DNA of 64,000 bases, taken from assembly GCF_036971445.1 (NCBI RefSeq), contig NC_091481.1, positions 85,808,001-85,872,000 on the forward strand, in the 5' to 3' direction. Below are positions 35,842-48,942 of this stretch, piece after piece (the first letter of the stretch is position 1; every line of letters starts with the position of its first letter). Under the pieces are notes generated by a model, which was not told the DNA's origin, did not search any database, and worked only from the letters and a program-made list of their open reading frames with translations. Source of the stretch: Narcine bancroftii (taxonomy: Eukaryota). Made by a program: the position numbers and the translations under genes.

Positions 35842-37639
35842 ATGAGATACAAACCAGGGGACATGGGTTAAGGGAAAGGTTTAGTGGAGAACTTCTTCAC
35901 ACAGAGAGTGGTGGGAGTGTGGAACGAGCTGTCAGCTGAAATGGGCAAATGCTTGCTCAATTTTAACATTTAAAAATTTGTGAGAAGGACATGAAAGTTT
36001 TGGGCTGGGTGCAGGTCGGTGGGACTGGGCAGAATAGTTCGGTGTAATCTAGAAGGGCCTGTTTTCTGTGCTGTAATCTATGGGTGGGCAGATACTCCCT
36101 CAGTGAATTACTGGGGAAGGTGAAACCATCCCTGTGGTCAGCGGGAACTCTGCTCTCCAGCCCCATCTCCACCCCTCATCCTTGGTAATGTACCAACCTA
36201 ACCAAACTGGTTCCAACCGTGGAGTTATATTTGACACCGACCAAGGATCCACTCCAATGTCCGCCAATTTCCACCTCTATCTTACTGCTCCTCTGTACCC
36301 ACTCCTCAGCTCACCAGCTGCTCAAACCCTCATCCCTGCTTCTGTAACTGGGAGACCCCCGCATCCACCGCTCTTCAACTGTCACCCCCAGTGCTTGCTA
36401 ACACACTGACATCCTGGTTAAACACGATCTCCCCCTTCTTCTCAAATCCAATTGTGGTCCTGGATCCAATTTCTTTTTAAAAAGAACTTTGTGCACATTA
36501 TACAGATGAACACTATGCTCCTATTTAAAAAAAACCCAGAAAACTGACACACATGTTCACATGCACCCTCAGATGCACGGACAGCCACCCCACCCCTGAC
36601 CACCTTTGCGGACCATACCATCGGTATATTATCGATTGTACTGTTACAACCATCTCACGGTTAGTCTCTTACTCCGAAAGCACTTATAATTCAGAGAAAA
36701 AACACATGAAGGGTTGCCACTTGTGGGAATTTTTTCCGGTGGACCCTCTTAATGTGCATTTGATTTTCTCCAGTTTAATAAAGAAACAGGTAACCTTAAT
36801 CTACTGTGTGGCAGAAGGACCCCTGTCAGACTTCAGGTATAACAAGATTAGATGCTTGGGTGATAGGGCCGTAAATGCTTTTGCATCTCTCTGCAGGAAT
36901 TTAGAGTGGTCGAAGATTCCAAATATTGCAGTCAACAGGCAATATTTAAATATTGTGGAAAGTGAGCTGAAGACTCCGCTCCAGAACCCTTGTGATCCGG
37001 ATCCCATTTCTAATCCCCCCCCCCCCTGAGAAACTCAGCCACCCGTATTCTTCTGCTCCCCCCCCCCCCCCCCCGGATTATGCTTTAGGCCCCGGATCCT
37101 GATATCACCTGATGTGGTTTGGTATCCAACTTTGTTTGATAACGCTCTTCAAACCGCTTTGTGCATCACACGGTCTTAAATGACCAGCACTGAGATAGGA
37201 ATTTGTGATTCCAATCTCCGAGTTGGGCCGGAACCATGACTTGAACAGGAATGAGATAGGGTCAGTAAAGTAACATCAAACATCCACTGGCAGGCAAGTC
37301 GACACAGGATCAGACTGCTGGTTTAGATAGTGATAAAACACAGATAAATCCTATATTTACTGATGCAATTCTTTCAAGCTACTTTCACCACGAAAAGAAA
37401 TACCGAATGGATGGCTGGTGTCACAGTTTTCCTCAGGACAAAACAGCAGAGATCACTGGACCCAGATCTGATATTAGTGTGGATTAGGGTTCTGGAATGA
37501 TAAGTCTGTTTCCTGCTCCTCATAAGTAAGTTCTTATGACACAAACGTCCTTAAACATTAACCCTGTCTCATCTTTTCCTCCACAGATCTTTTTTATTTT
37601 GTCAATAGTATGAAAGTTATTGCAAGGTGTTCTAAGAGA

Positions 37640-38560
37640 TCAGACATACAAGTGTTTGGATAACCAGGGATTGATTAGGGAGTCAACATGGCTTTGTGTG
37701 TGGTAGGAGGTGCTTAACCAATCTGATGAGTTTTTCAAGCCAGTTACCGGAAACGTTGACGAAGGAAAGGCTGTGGATGTTGGCTACATGGCCTTTGACA
37801 AGGTCTCACATGGAGGTTAGTCAGGAAGGATCAGACGCTCGGTATTCATGATGAGGTAGTGAAGTGGATTTAACATTGGCTCCGCGGGAGAAGCCAAAGA
37901 GTGGTAGTGGAGGATTGCTTCTCAAACAGGCCTGCAACTCGTGGTGTGCCTCGGGGCTCCATGTTGTCTATATAAATGATCTGGATGATAATATGGTGAA
38001 TTGGATCAGCAAGTTTGCAGACGACACTAAGATTGGAGGCGTCGTGGACAGTAAGGAAGGTTTTCAAACCTTGCAGAGGGATCTGGACCAGCTGGGAAAA
38101 TGGGCTGATAAATGGCTGATGGAGTTTAATGCGGACAAGGGTGAGGTGTTGCATTTTGGAAGGACAAACCAAGAAAGGACACATACGGTAAATGGTCAGG
38201 CACTAAGGAGTGTGGTAGAACAGAGGGATCTGGGAATACAGAGACATAATTCCCTGAAAGTGGCGTCACAGGTGGATAGGGTTGTAAAGAGCTTTTGGCA
38301 TCTTGGCCCTCATAAATCAAATTATTGAGTATAGGAGTTGGGATGTTCTGGTAAAGCTGTGCAAGACCAAATTTGGAGTATTTGGACACCTGACTACAGG
38401 AAAGATTGTAAGAGTGCAGATTTACTAAGATGTTGCCCGGACCAGGAACTGAGTTACAGGGAAAGGGTAAACAGGTTAGGACTTTATTCCCTGGAGTGAA
38501 GAAAAATGAGGGGAGATTTGAGAGATATTTAAAATTATGAGGGGATAGACAGAGAATAAA
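37640..38560 (+). mobile_element. CR1 LINE ORF2 (RT) remnant
   Basis: YINDLDDNMVNWISKFADDTKIGG...LQRDLDQLGKWADKWLMEFNADK. Confidence 0.9.
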
Positions 38561-39819
38561 TCTGAACTTTGAATGCAACATGCAAACATACTGGAGAAAC
38601 TCAGCAGGTCACGCAGCAAAGGGTAACCCACATTTCAGGCCCAGGTCTGAGCTATAGGGAAAGGTTAAGGACGCAGGAGGATAAGGGGTATACAGGGCCA
38701 GATTAAAGCCAACAGATGCCCTAGGCCCTTCCATTGGCCCAACCAACACGACCTTAGTGCTGAATGTGAAATAAGAGGTTAAAAATTCAGTTTTCTTCCA
38801 GGCTGGGCACCACAACTGTATTAAATGTAACCTGTATTTTTCATTGATTGTGGGACCCCTTTTTGTGCGTCTCTAGTTCAGCTGAACCATGGTAAATCCG
38901 ACACTGGAAAAAAAAACGCGGTTTCCCCCTTCCCCTGGTGCCCCGAGCTCTTGCTTATTTTGCTTCATGGTTAATCCCGGCCTCAGTAATAGGTTGGGTA
39001 AAATAATCGGAAACCAGAGGAGACGGGTTTAAGGTGGTGGGGTGGGGTTAGGGGAAAGAATTAACAGGAACCTGAGGGGTGCCCTTTTGTTTACACAGAG
39101 GGCGGAAGGTTTACGGAACGGGCTGCTGGAGGAGGTGGTTGAAGCAGGAACTATTGCAATTGCAAGGAAAAAAGGATACAGGGAGAAGATGGGTTGAGAG
39201 TGATATGGGCCAAATGTAGTCAGGTGGGACTAGTGTGAGTGGGACATTTTGGGAAGGATGGGCCGAAGGGCCTGTTTCCACACTGTGACTCTAAGGGATA
39301 CAAAGGAGGGAATCAGATCATTCAACCCATTGAGTCCAGCTGACCACTCGGCTTCTGTTCCCACCGACTATTTATTCTAACCACATTCCCCCTACACCCC
39401 CTCCAGATTCCACACTCACCAACATGCTACAGGCAATTTATAGGAGCCATTTAACCTCCTGACCAGCACGTCCTTGGGATGTGGGAGGTAACAGGGAGAA
39501 GGTACAGATCCCACACAAGCAGCACCAAAGGTTGGGATTGAACACCGGTCTCTAGCACCTTGAGGGCCCTAGTCTCTAGCGCTGTGTTGGCAGCGGCTCT
39601 ACCCATCACACCACCACAATTTTGACACCACTCATCATTTTTATATCATGAACAAACGTTTTTAAAATGCATTGCTGCCTGTAAACCATGTTGACACTGG
39701 GTCCTTTGCAAGGGATATCTGTCCTGCTCTTTACAAAGGAGAAAAGAATCTTCACTGAATCCACTGGACAATAAAGATTTTCCTTCCTGAACACTTGTGG
39801 GTGTATTTTATGGATTTTG

Positions 39820-40360
39820 GGCTACTTAATCATGAAAATCACCTTAAAAATGTTCCTATCAAGTACCATTTTTTAGATATTATGTGTTTTTGTGATTTCC
39901 TGTCATCTTTTAAGTCCACTTCAAGCAGGTAAAACCATGAAGTGCAGCACGTCGTTGAAAATTCATTTTCTACATTCACACTTGGACGCCTTCCCTGCTG
40001 ATCAGTGACGAACATGATGAAAGGTTTCAGGACACTGTGACCATAGAAAAGCGGTATCAAGGCAACTGGAATCTGGCCGACTATTGTTGGACACTGACAC
40101 AAGAGGCATCAGATGCTGAGTACAAATGGAAATCAGCTGCAAACCATCTATAGGTTAGTTGAACAAATGCAATGTGTTAGTGTCATTATGCGATTAAACG
40201 TGCTAAATTCAATCAAAGTTAATTTAATGTTTCTCCAACTTCCTACGTGATATGGCAAATATGAAATTATCTTTATGTTCAGCTTGAAGTGGTCTATCAA
40301 AATCCCCCATTTCTTTTCAGGAAGCCAAACCTTCTGAGAATAAAAGTGTTGCCCATTGTT
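39820..40360 (+). mobile_element. Degraded DNA-transposon fragment (possibly Sola-like transposase C-terminus)
   Basis: Frameshifted SDEHxERF.QD...EKRYQGNWN..LADYCWTL at about 40003-40100. Superfamily assignment is from memory and uncertain. Confidence 0.45.
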
Positions 40361-40841
40361 ACTTGGAGCTGATGTGGAAAGGAGCTTAGAAACACAAATA
40401 CACACAACCGCCTAACTAATGCAGGACCCTGATGTGACAAACTTAAATATCGTGAACGTGGCTGGAATAGTCGACGAGACAGTTGCATTGTTGTAGATAA
40501 CAATTCCTTCCAATTAAGAATTGCTCTGAATCTGACAGAAAGGAGGAGTTCAGGGACGAGTGAAAGTTTAGAAGGGGTCCTGGTCTGCAGTGGCCTCTTC
40601 TCTGCTGCCACCCTCTCCCCACATTCCCAGGGTGAGGGATCCTGTTCACCAAAGGATAGTCAAGATGTCCAAGCATTTCCCTCCCCCTCCATCCCTCCCC
40701 CACCCTCACGGCAGCACGAGGAACCCACCACTATTGTTCATCGACGCCGAGACACAATCTTCACAATGTCTCTCCGTGCCTCGGACATACTGGCAGTCTT
40801 CCCCCACCCCCTAACCCAGTGGCCACCATCTTCCTCTTCCC

Positions 40842-40881
40842 TCAAGCTGCCTGGGGCTGCTTTCTCCTCATTGTGGGGCAT
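40842..40881 (-). CDS. PlGF/VEGF-like gene, predicted terminal exon (CPTMRRKQPQAA*)
   Basis: Strong acceptor ctatttcttgcttttcag|; phase 2 matches exons 5 and 6. The C..RR motif resembles VEGFA CDKPRR and PGF CGDAVPRR. Confidence 0.7.
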
Positions 40882-41019
40882 CTGAAAAGCAAGAAATAGG
40901 GAAAGAACGTCACAGAGGTCTGCAGTGGACCTTCAGCCCAACCCTGTCCCCACCAACCAAGTCGGCAACCCAAGTTAGACTTATAGCCCTTTAAACCTTC
41001 CCTCTCTGTGGCCTGAAGC

Positions 41020-41710
41020 GCCGTGTTTACAGATGGTAAGACAGTAGATGGCCTCATCAGCAACACTGTTGAGTTGGCTTACAGGGAGGTGGTTGGGAGG
41101 CTCGTAATATGGTGCGAGAACAATATCCTGAGACTTCTCACGGACAAAACAAAGATGATGATTATGGACTTCTGGAGGAACAAGGACAATCACTCTCAAT
41201 CACACATCAATGGCTCTGTCACATGGTGAGAACAAAATTCCTTGGTGTGCAGAGAAGGGACGACCCATCCTGGACCCACAAGCACCTACACTTTCTCAGG
41301 AGGTCGAGGAGGACAAGGTTACCGGCCCCCATCTTGGCCACATTTTACAGGATCACCATTGAGAGTGTCCTGTTCGGCTGCATCTCTGTGTGGGACGGGA
41401 GCTGCAAAGCATCGGACTGGACGTCAATACAGAGGATCATCAAAATGGCTGAAAAGATCACTGGGGTCTCCCTTTCCTCTGTTGGTGACATTCACTGGGA
41501 GAGTTGGTTAAATAGGGCTCAGAGAATTATAGAGGACCCTTTCCACCCAGCACACAGGACCTTTGACCCACTCCCATCAGGAAGGAGGTACAGGAGCATC
41601 AACATCAGGACGGCCAGGCTGGGGAATAGCTTCTTCCCACAGGCTGTGAGAGTGATGAACGGTATCTGAGTAAATAATTAGAAATATTTATAACTGTTTA
41701 TTTTAAATTA
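41020..41710 (+). mobile_element. Rex/Babar- or L2-like LINE 3' remnant; related copies at about 14600-14960, 31810-32020, 51790-52260, 58700-59330
   Basis: FYRITIESVLFGCISVWDG...HPAHRTFDPLPSGRRYRS...NSFFPQAVR. Confidence 0.75.
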
Positions 41711-43259
41711 TATCTGTATGTATTTATGTGATTTTTTTATGTGCCTTTGTCTCCTTTCACACAGACAAAATTAATTCTCACCTCTTCCCTTATCATATCC
41801 AATGAATGTCCTTAATTGGTCTCCCACCGGCCAGCACTGTCTCTATTCTGAGATTTGCTGTTTTTTCCTTATTCTTTGCTCATTCCTGGAGGACGGGCTC
41901 AGGCCTGAAAAGCTGTTCGTATACCTTTACCTTGTATGGACGCTGCGAGTCCGGCTGAGATCCTCCTGTGTTTTGACTACAGTCACGGTGTCTACAGGCT
42001 TTCGTGTTTCGTCCCTTTCAAAGCCGGCTTGGAAGACGCCCAGGAAGAGTATTCAGGCGTGGCGCTCCTGAAGATAAAGCACCCAACATGCTCGAGGGTC
42101 TCTGCAGCTCAGGCAGCATCCAGAGACGGCCAGAGACGGTCAATGCCTCGGCCTGAAATGCCAACTCCCTGTAGTCGGCCTTCCACGGTTACTGCCTGAC
42201 CCACTGAGTTCCTCCGGCACTTTGTGTATTTCTCCAGTGCTCATGGATCTGAAGTCTCTCCTGTTTGTTTCTGCAGTTTTGTGATCCGTTCCGCTGGCAA
42301 CATACAATCTCGCTGAGCGACTGCTTCCACGAGCACAATTTTCAGAGTCCAGTGTCTGTAATCGCTTGAGTTTGCCAATAACATTCCATAAGCCTTCCTC
42401 ATTACTCACTGTTCCAGCAAAGCACACAAAGGCCGTTCTAAGAGCTCGGTCATCTCTCACTATTTAGACAATGCTTCTTTTTTTAATTGACAAAAGGGTC
42501 AAATCCAGATTTTCCTGCATTACAGTAAAACACAAGTCTGCAGACACTGGGGTGAAGCAAAAGCATGACATTGGAGAAACTCAGCAGGTCACACAGTGTC
42601 CTTGATAGAGTAAACATAACCAATGTTTTGGGCTTGAGCAAAATGTCGGCAGGCGCCCGAACATCGATTCGGACTTGAGGCCTTCATCAAGGTGTGAGCA
42701 AAATGTCGGCAGGCACCCAGACCATTAAGTGTAGAAGTCGGCCAAAAAGTCGGATGCCAGAAATCTGGACCAGGCAAGAATTCGGACTTCTCGAAAAATC
42801 TCGTTTAAACCTTTGTGTGTGTGCATAAGTGCCACAGATGCCCAAACTCGGACGTCTGATGACATTGTGTTCATAGCTTGATTAAGGGCTCAAGACCAAA
42901 CCCTTGGTTCTGTTACTTTACCTTTACCACATTCACTGCTTGACCGGCTGAGTTTCTGCAGCTTCGTGTTTTTATTTTAATCCCATTTTCCTGTGTTCGG
43001 CCCATATCCCGTAAACCATTCCTATCCAAATGCATTTTAAAATGTTATAATTATATCCGTCCCTATTGTTTTCTCTGACAGCTCTTTCTAGACAACCACA
43101 ACCCTCTGAGTCAAAACGTTGACCCTCAGGTTCTCTTTGACTCTTTCCCCTCTCACCTTAACCCTTTCCCCTCTGGCTCTGGACACCCCCCCCCCCCCCA
43201 CAACTCTGGATAAAGGGCTGTGACCATCTGCCTTATAAATGCCTCTGAGCATTTTCCAA

Positions 43260-43628
43260 TACAGGTTAGGGTCTGCAGGCTTTCACGTTTCATCCCTTTC
43301 GAAGCCGGCTTGGAAGATGTCCTTTATCTGGACATCTAAAATCCGGAAAACTCCAAAATCCGGCAAGCGGGGAGAGAGATGGCAGCACGAGTCGGGCAGG
43401 TGAGAGACCAGCAGCGCAAGTCAGGCGGGTGAGGGGAAGAGACCGGCAGCGCGAGTCGGGCGGGCGAGGAGGAAGGGGGAAGACGGCAGCACGACTGGAA
43501 GGGGATGGGGATGCATACGGCAGCACAATTTGGGTGGGCTTAAATCTGGCTTTCCGAAATCCATAAAAATCCGAAAATCAGAACACTCTGTCCCCCAAGG
43601 GTTCCGGATAAAGGATTATGTACCTGTA
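43260..43628. mobile_element. Tc1/mariner(Tigger)-like MITE
   Basis: TA-CAGGT ... ACCTG-TA termini and subterminal CCTTTATC.GGA / TCCGGATAAAGG inverted motifs. Confidence 0.5.
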
Positions 43629-43830
43629 CAAGGCCCACCCTTTCAGAGGTACTTGACGGTAGAGGATCAATAAGCAGAAAACCTCCAGGTGACAAGGAGG
43701 CCCATCTGAATCACTCTGTAGCACAGAGAGAGGGAGGTGACCTCTCTAGATGCCACGCATAGTGGAAGAGTTGGTGGGGGGGGGGGGGTGGGGGGGTAAC
43801 CTGGTCTCAAGGAACGACCTGCACACTCAC

Positions 43831-43896
43831 TGGTTGAGCTCAGCCACCTCCTCCTGCTTGGACCTCTTCCTCGGGCCTTTCCTCTTGCCACTTCTC
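43831..43896 (-). CDS. PlGF/VEGF-like gene exon 6, basic heparin-binding-like (RSGKRKGPRKRSKQEEVAELN)
   Basis: tttcag| acceptor and |gtgagt donor, 66 nt, phase 2-2; analogous to PlGF-2 exon 6. Confidence 0.8.
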
Positions 43897-44006
43897 CTGA
43901 AAGAAGACATTCTCCTGTCAAGTCAACGGGAGGGGAAACTCCCCACTTGATGGGCCTTCCCCGAATTGCGCGGGCGTGTGGGACGGGAGGCTGAAAATTC
44001 CTTTAC

Positions 44007-44036
44007 CTGTCGCCTTTCAATCGTTTCCGCCGTGGT
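44007..44036 (-). CDS. PlGF/VEGF-like gene exon 5 (RPRRKRLKGDR)
   Basis: 30-nt exon, as in VEGFA and PGF exon 5; long pyrimidine tract, ag/gtaaag boundaries. Confidence 0.85.
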
Positions 44037-44784
44037 CTGAAACAAAGGAGAAGAGAGATTTCAGAGGAGTGGGTAAGGTGCCGTTTGGATGGGGTGGGGA
44101 GTCTGCAACCCACTAACCTACTGCCTGAGAGAGTGCTGGCACTAGAGAAAGCTGGAAGCACGTTGCTGCATCTTTGAAGGGTACTGACAGTTCACAAGGT
44201 TGTTGCCAGGATTAGAGAAGTTGTCCATTAGACATAGGAGCAGAAATAGGCCATTCAGCCCATCGAGTCTGCCTCTCCATTTATTAAGAGCTGATCCATT
44301 TTCCCACTCAGCCCCACTGCCCGGCCTCCTCCCCATAAACTTTGAGGCCCTGGCTAAGGAAGAACCCTTAAATACACTGTGAGGGGCCGGGCCTGTTCTC
44401 CTAAGTAGGAAGTGTATAAAATTGTGAGGAGCATTGATGGGGTGAAGAGAGAGTCTGATTCCTGGAGTAGGAGAATCTAAGAGATTGGGTGGACAGCCAG
44501 CAGCTTTTTCCCCGGAGTGAACACCAGAGGACATCCACTTAGGTCACGGGAAGAACGTACAAACTCCTTATAGACAGCTTGGGGTTCAAACCCCAGTCCC
44601 AACTGCTGTGCTGTAACAGCACAGCACTAACCGTTTTACACTATGGTTCTGTGGTTAAATGGGACTAACGTTGTGGGGCACAGTCAGACAACCTGGGCCT
44701 GTTCCCCTTCTGTAGGCCTTGATGACAAATCCCCAAACAAGGTCACACCACCAACACCCCAAGCCACTTCGACCCCACACTTAC

Positions 44785-44864
44785 CGGCATTCACAGCTGC
44801 TGTGTTCAGTGAAAATCATCTCCTCCTGCTTTGTCACCTGCTGCAAGGGCTTTAACTTAATGAC
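44785..44864 (-). CDS. PlGF/VEGF-like gene exon 4 (VIKLKPLQQVTKQEEMIFTEHSSCECR)
   Basis: F.EH..CEC motif; ccag| acceptor and |gtaagt donor; 80 nt. Confidence 0.92.
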
Positions 44865-44999
44865 CTGGAAAAGATTGGATTGATGAAGATTGTTTAAAAT
44901 AATGGGAGTCACTGAAGCCACTCATTCAGCACCAGCTTCCAAATTCAAGGCCAAGGTTAGTGTCACGTCACTCTGCCTATTGAGATGATAGGTAGATCG

Positions 45000-45610
45000 T
45001 TCCATCTATTTAAATCATCTTAATTTTATTAAAGAATGGAACATAATTTAACATACAGATTGTCTAAATTTCTATCAATTCTAATACCTAATTATTTAAT
45101 CGGGTGATATGTCCACTTAAATTGAACTACACGTTTACAACTGTCATAATCTCCTTCTACTAGTGGCATATCTTCACTTTTATCCCAATTAATTTTATAA
45201 CCAGATATTTCCCCATGATCTTGTAACTTTTTATATAAAGAAATTAAAGAATTTTTGGGATGTTATATAAATTAATATATCATCTGCAAACAAATTAATT
45301 TTATACTCCACCTCATTAACTTTAATTCCTTTAACACTACAATCTTGCCTTATTGATTGTACCAATCAATAAAACTAAAACAAACCATGCAGGAGATAAA
45401 GGACAACCTTATCCAGCCGATCAAGTTAATGAAAAAGAAGAAGAAAGTTGTCTATTAGTAACCACTCTCGCCAAAGGGTTTCCATATAAAGCTTTAATCC
45501 AATTCAGAAATATTGACCCAAATTGAAATTTTAAAAAATTTTAAATAAATAATTCCATTCTAATCTGTCAAAAGCCTTTTCAGCATCTAATGATAAAACT
45601 ATATAACAAG
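45000..45610 (-). mobile_element. L1/Tx1 ORF2 RT fragment
   Basis: AT-rich; reverse translation gives LSLDAEKAFDRLEW and KINLFADD. Confidence 0.8.
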
Positions 45611-46319
45611 GGTAATGAAGATCATTGGAGTGAGCTTTGTTCAGGAGCCTGATGGATGTGGGAAAGAAACTGTCTTTGAACCTTTGTTCAAACACTCTTG
45701 AACCTTAAATCACTCAATGACAAGCCTAAAGACAGGGACATGTCCCCACTGAGACCTCCACTCCCACAGGGGCCTGAGGAAATTCTGCATGCCCTTGGCA
45801 TCCCCCCATCAACCTCTGCCCTATCAAGGGTATCCAGTCAGGATTCACCAACGCCCGCTATGGGAAGCTGCTCCCGCCAAGGTTGCCAGATGCTGCAGAG
45901 AATTCTGAATGCAGCACAATCTCCCTTCTCATGCCCCAGAAAAGCAGCCAGCAAACTAAAGGGCTCATCCCATCCTGGTCCCTCTCCTTCCTCTCTCCAC
46001 TGCCACATCCGACATTTTCTTTCCTGCAGATATCTGGCTCCGGAACAAACCTTCTAGGGGCAAAATAACATTGCTCTTACTCTATTAAACTCCAGTCACA
46101 ACAGGCGCACCGCAAGGATGCGTGCTCAGCCCACTGCTTAACTCACCGTACACCCATCATTGTGAGGCCAGGCACAATTCTATTTTGCCGTTGACACCAC
46201 GGCTGTGAGCAGAATCACAGACGGAAAGTGTACAGGAGGGCGAGAGATCAGCTCACTGCAGTATCTGCACAGGTTTCAGCCCCGTGGCCCGAGTACTTCG
46301 GCTGCACATTGTCCCTCAC

Positions 46320-46516
46320 CTGTATGGTGACGTTGTACATTTCCTGGGCTGTGCAATGCAGCTTCTCATCTCCGCAGCAGCCGGCGCAGCGCAGCAGAGG
46401 GACGCAGGAGGGCTTGAAGATGTACTCAGACTCGCTTGGGTACTCTCGGGCCACGTCCACCAGCATCTCGATGGTCCGACAGTAACTCCGGTTCCAAACT
46501 TCCTCGAACGGGACCA
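46320..46516 (-). CDS. PlGF/VEGF-like gene exon 3 (VEGF/PDGF homology domain)
   Basis: VVPFEEVWNRSYCRTIEMLVDVAREYPSESEYIFKPSCVPLLRCAGCCGDEKLHCTAQEMYNVTIQ. 197 nt, as in VEGFA and PGF exon 3. PSCV..RC.GCC cystine-knot signature; the N-terminal part is closest to PlGF (VVPFQEVWGRSYCR). Confidence 0.95.
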
Positions 46517-48454
46517 CTGGGAAACACAAACACCTGCCAGTCACTCAGCCGGCATCCAGGAGTGGGTCATAATGGGCTGGCTCAGCCATTCCCACACCCT
46601 CGAGCGTCATAGGTCGCTGCACCACGGCTTGAGGGCTCGTGGCCTTTGGTGTCTGGTATCTGGTCCTTTCATTTGACTCCCAATTTGACCCAATGTTCTT
46701 ACATACAACAGGGAAACTGACCCTTCGGCCTCTCCATTCGCACTCGCCCCGTAACAATCCCGTTTTGTTCACCCCATCAACTCCCCCCCCACCCCCCGCA
46801 AAAGTTCTACAACTCACAAGGGACAGTATTCAGCAGGCAACCAACCTACCTGCATGACTTTGGGAACTGGGGCAGCCAGCAGAGGTGAGGGTGGGGGGGA
46901 AATCCCACGAGGATGCAGGGAGATTGGTCGGGAGTAGTGGTTAGTGCAAATGCATTACAGTACCAGCGATCGGGACCAGGATCCGAATCCTGCGCTGTCT
47001 GTAAGGAGTTTGCATCTTCTCCTTGTGGGTTTTCCCCGGGGGGGGGTTCCAGTTTCTTCCCACTGTTCAAAAAGTACCGGGATTTCATTTCAGCACACGA
47101 ACCTGTGCCGCCCAATTAACCTACAACTCATGGTAGGTTTTGAACGGTGGGAGGAAACCAGAGCCTGTGGGGAAAACCCACGCAGACATGGGGAGATTGA
47201 ACAAACTCCTTATAGACAGCGTGGGATTCAAACCCCGGTCCCAATTACTGGTGCTGTAACAGCGATGCATTAACCTCTATGATAACTGTGCCGGTAATTG
47301 GGTGGCAGAGGCTCGTGGCCCAAAAAGGCCTGTTACTGCACTGTGTGTCTAAGTTTAAAAATTTGAAATTTAAAAATGTCAGGATCTCTGAGGCTAGGAA
47401 GCAGTAACTCTACCCACAGCACCTCTGAGGCTTGAAATAATTTAGTGTTCAGAGTTCATGTCCACTTCCCTAAAGAGGTTTATAATATTGGTTAGGATTA
47501 AAACAAAACCGTTAAACCTCTGTCTCACATCCATCATCTGGGTTGTAATAACGAATGATTTCCTGGCTGGTTTCCCAGCTCTAGTTTAGACAATGTTTAC
47601 AAACATATTAAGAGCTGCATCCATGTTCTGGCTCCTGGCAGACCAGCATCTCCAATCCAAGTGTCCCTAACCAAGTCACTTTCACTCCAAAATGACAACG
47701 AGCCATCTCATGTTCACCCAAGAGATCTGTTCTCCTGAACCATGAACATCTCCGTTTTAAACCAACCATCTGTTGGGTTTTCGTACCAAAGATAGGAGAG
47801 GATTAAAAACTAGAGGACATGGGTTAAGAGTGAAAAGGGGAAAAGCATAATAGGAGAATTAAGGGACATGGGGGGAGGGGGGGGGAAAGGCAGATGGGTG
47901 GAGATGAGCCAATCATCAGATCAGCCAATGAATGGTGTAGCAGGTTCGATGGGCTGAATGGCTGACTCCTGCTCCTGTTTCTGATGTTCTTAAAGGTTAA
48001 TGGGAACTTTAGGGGGAACTTCACACAGAGAGAGTGAGAGTGGAGCGAGCTGCCTTCTGACGAGGTAAATGTGGGCTCAGTTTTAACATTTAAGAAGAAT
48101 TTGGTTATGTACATGGATGGGAGGAGTATGGAGGGCTATGGACTGGTAGAATAATAGTTCAGCAAACACTAGAAGGGCTGAATGGCATGTTTCTGTGCTG
48201 TAGTGCTCTGTGGTTCTATTTAGAGCAGAGAGGGAGAGAAGAGGCTGAAAGAGGAAATGAGGGGAGGGAGGGGGGTGAAGGTGATGGAGTGGGGAGGAGG
48301 GAAAAGGTGGAGGTGGGGAGGGAGGCGAGAGAATGTGAGATGTAGGAGATGAGAGGGGAGAGGGTGAAGAGGGGTAGGAAGTGAGCATGGTATGAGATGA
48401 GCAGGTAGGTGGTGGGAGGGAGAGGGGTAAGGGGGAGAGAATGGGGAAGGGAGT

Positions 48455-48732
48455 GGGGTGAGAGGGAGAGATGGGGTGAGAGGGAGAGATGGGGTGAGAG
48501 GGAGAGATGGGGTGAGAGGGAGAGATGGGGTGAGAGGGAGAGATGGGGTGAGAGGGAGAGATGGGGTGAGAGGGAGAGATGGGGTGAGAGGGAGAGATGG
48601 GGTGAGAGGGAGAGATGGGGTGAGAGGGAGAGATGGGGTGAGAGGGAGAGATGGGGTGAGAGGGAGAGATGGGGTGAGAGGGAGAGATGGGGTGAGAGGG
48701 AGAGATGGGGTGAGAGGGAGAGATGGGGTGAG
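48455..48732. repeat. 18-bp tandem repeat (GGGGTGAGAGGGAGAGAT, about 15 copies)
   Basis: Directly visible, nearly perfect. Confidence 0.95.
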
Positions 48733-48942
48733 GGGGAGAAGGAAGGGGAAAGGGAGTGAGAGGGTAAGGGGAAAGAGAAGGGGTGAGGGGGAGAGAGTGG
48801 GAGATGGGGAGGGTGTATCTGTATGTTTGGAACAGAGAGACGCTGCTTCTGGACACACAATGGTAAATATTCGACCCACGGCACGTCTCTCTGCCCTGAA
48901 GTGTACCGCCTGTTGAGTGTGAATGGAAGGCTAGGTACTCAC

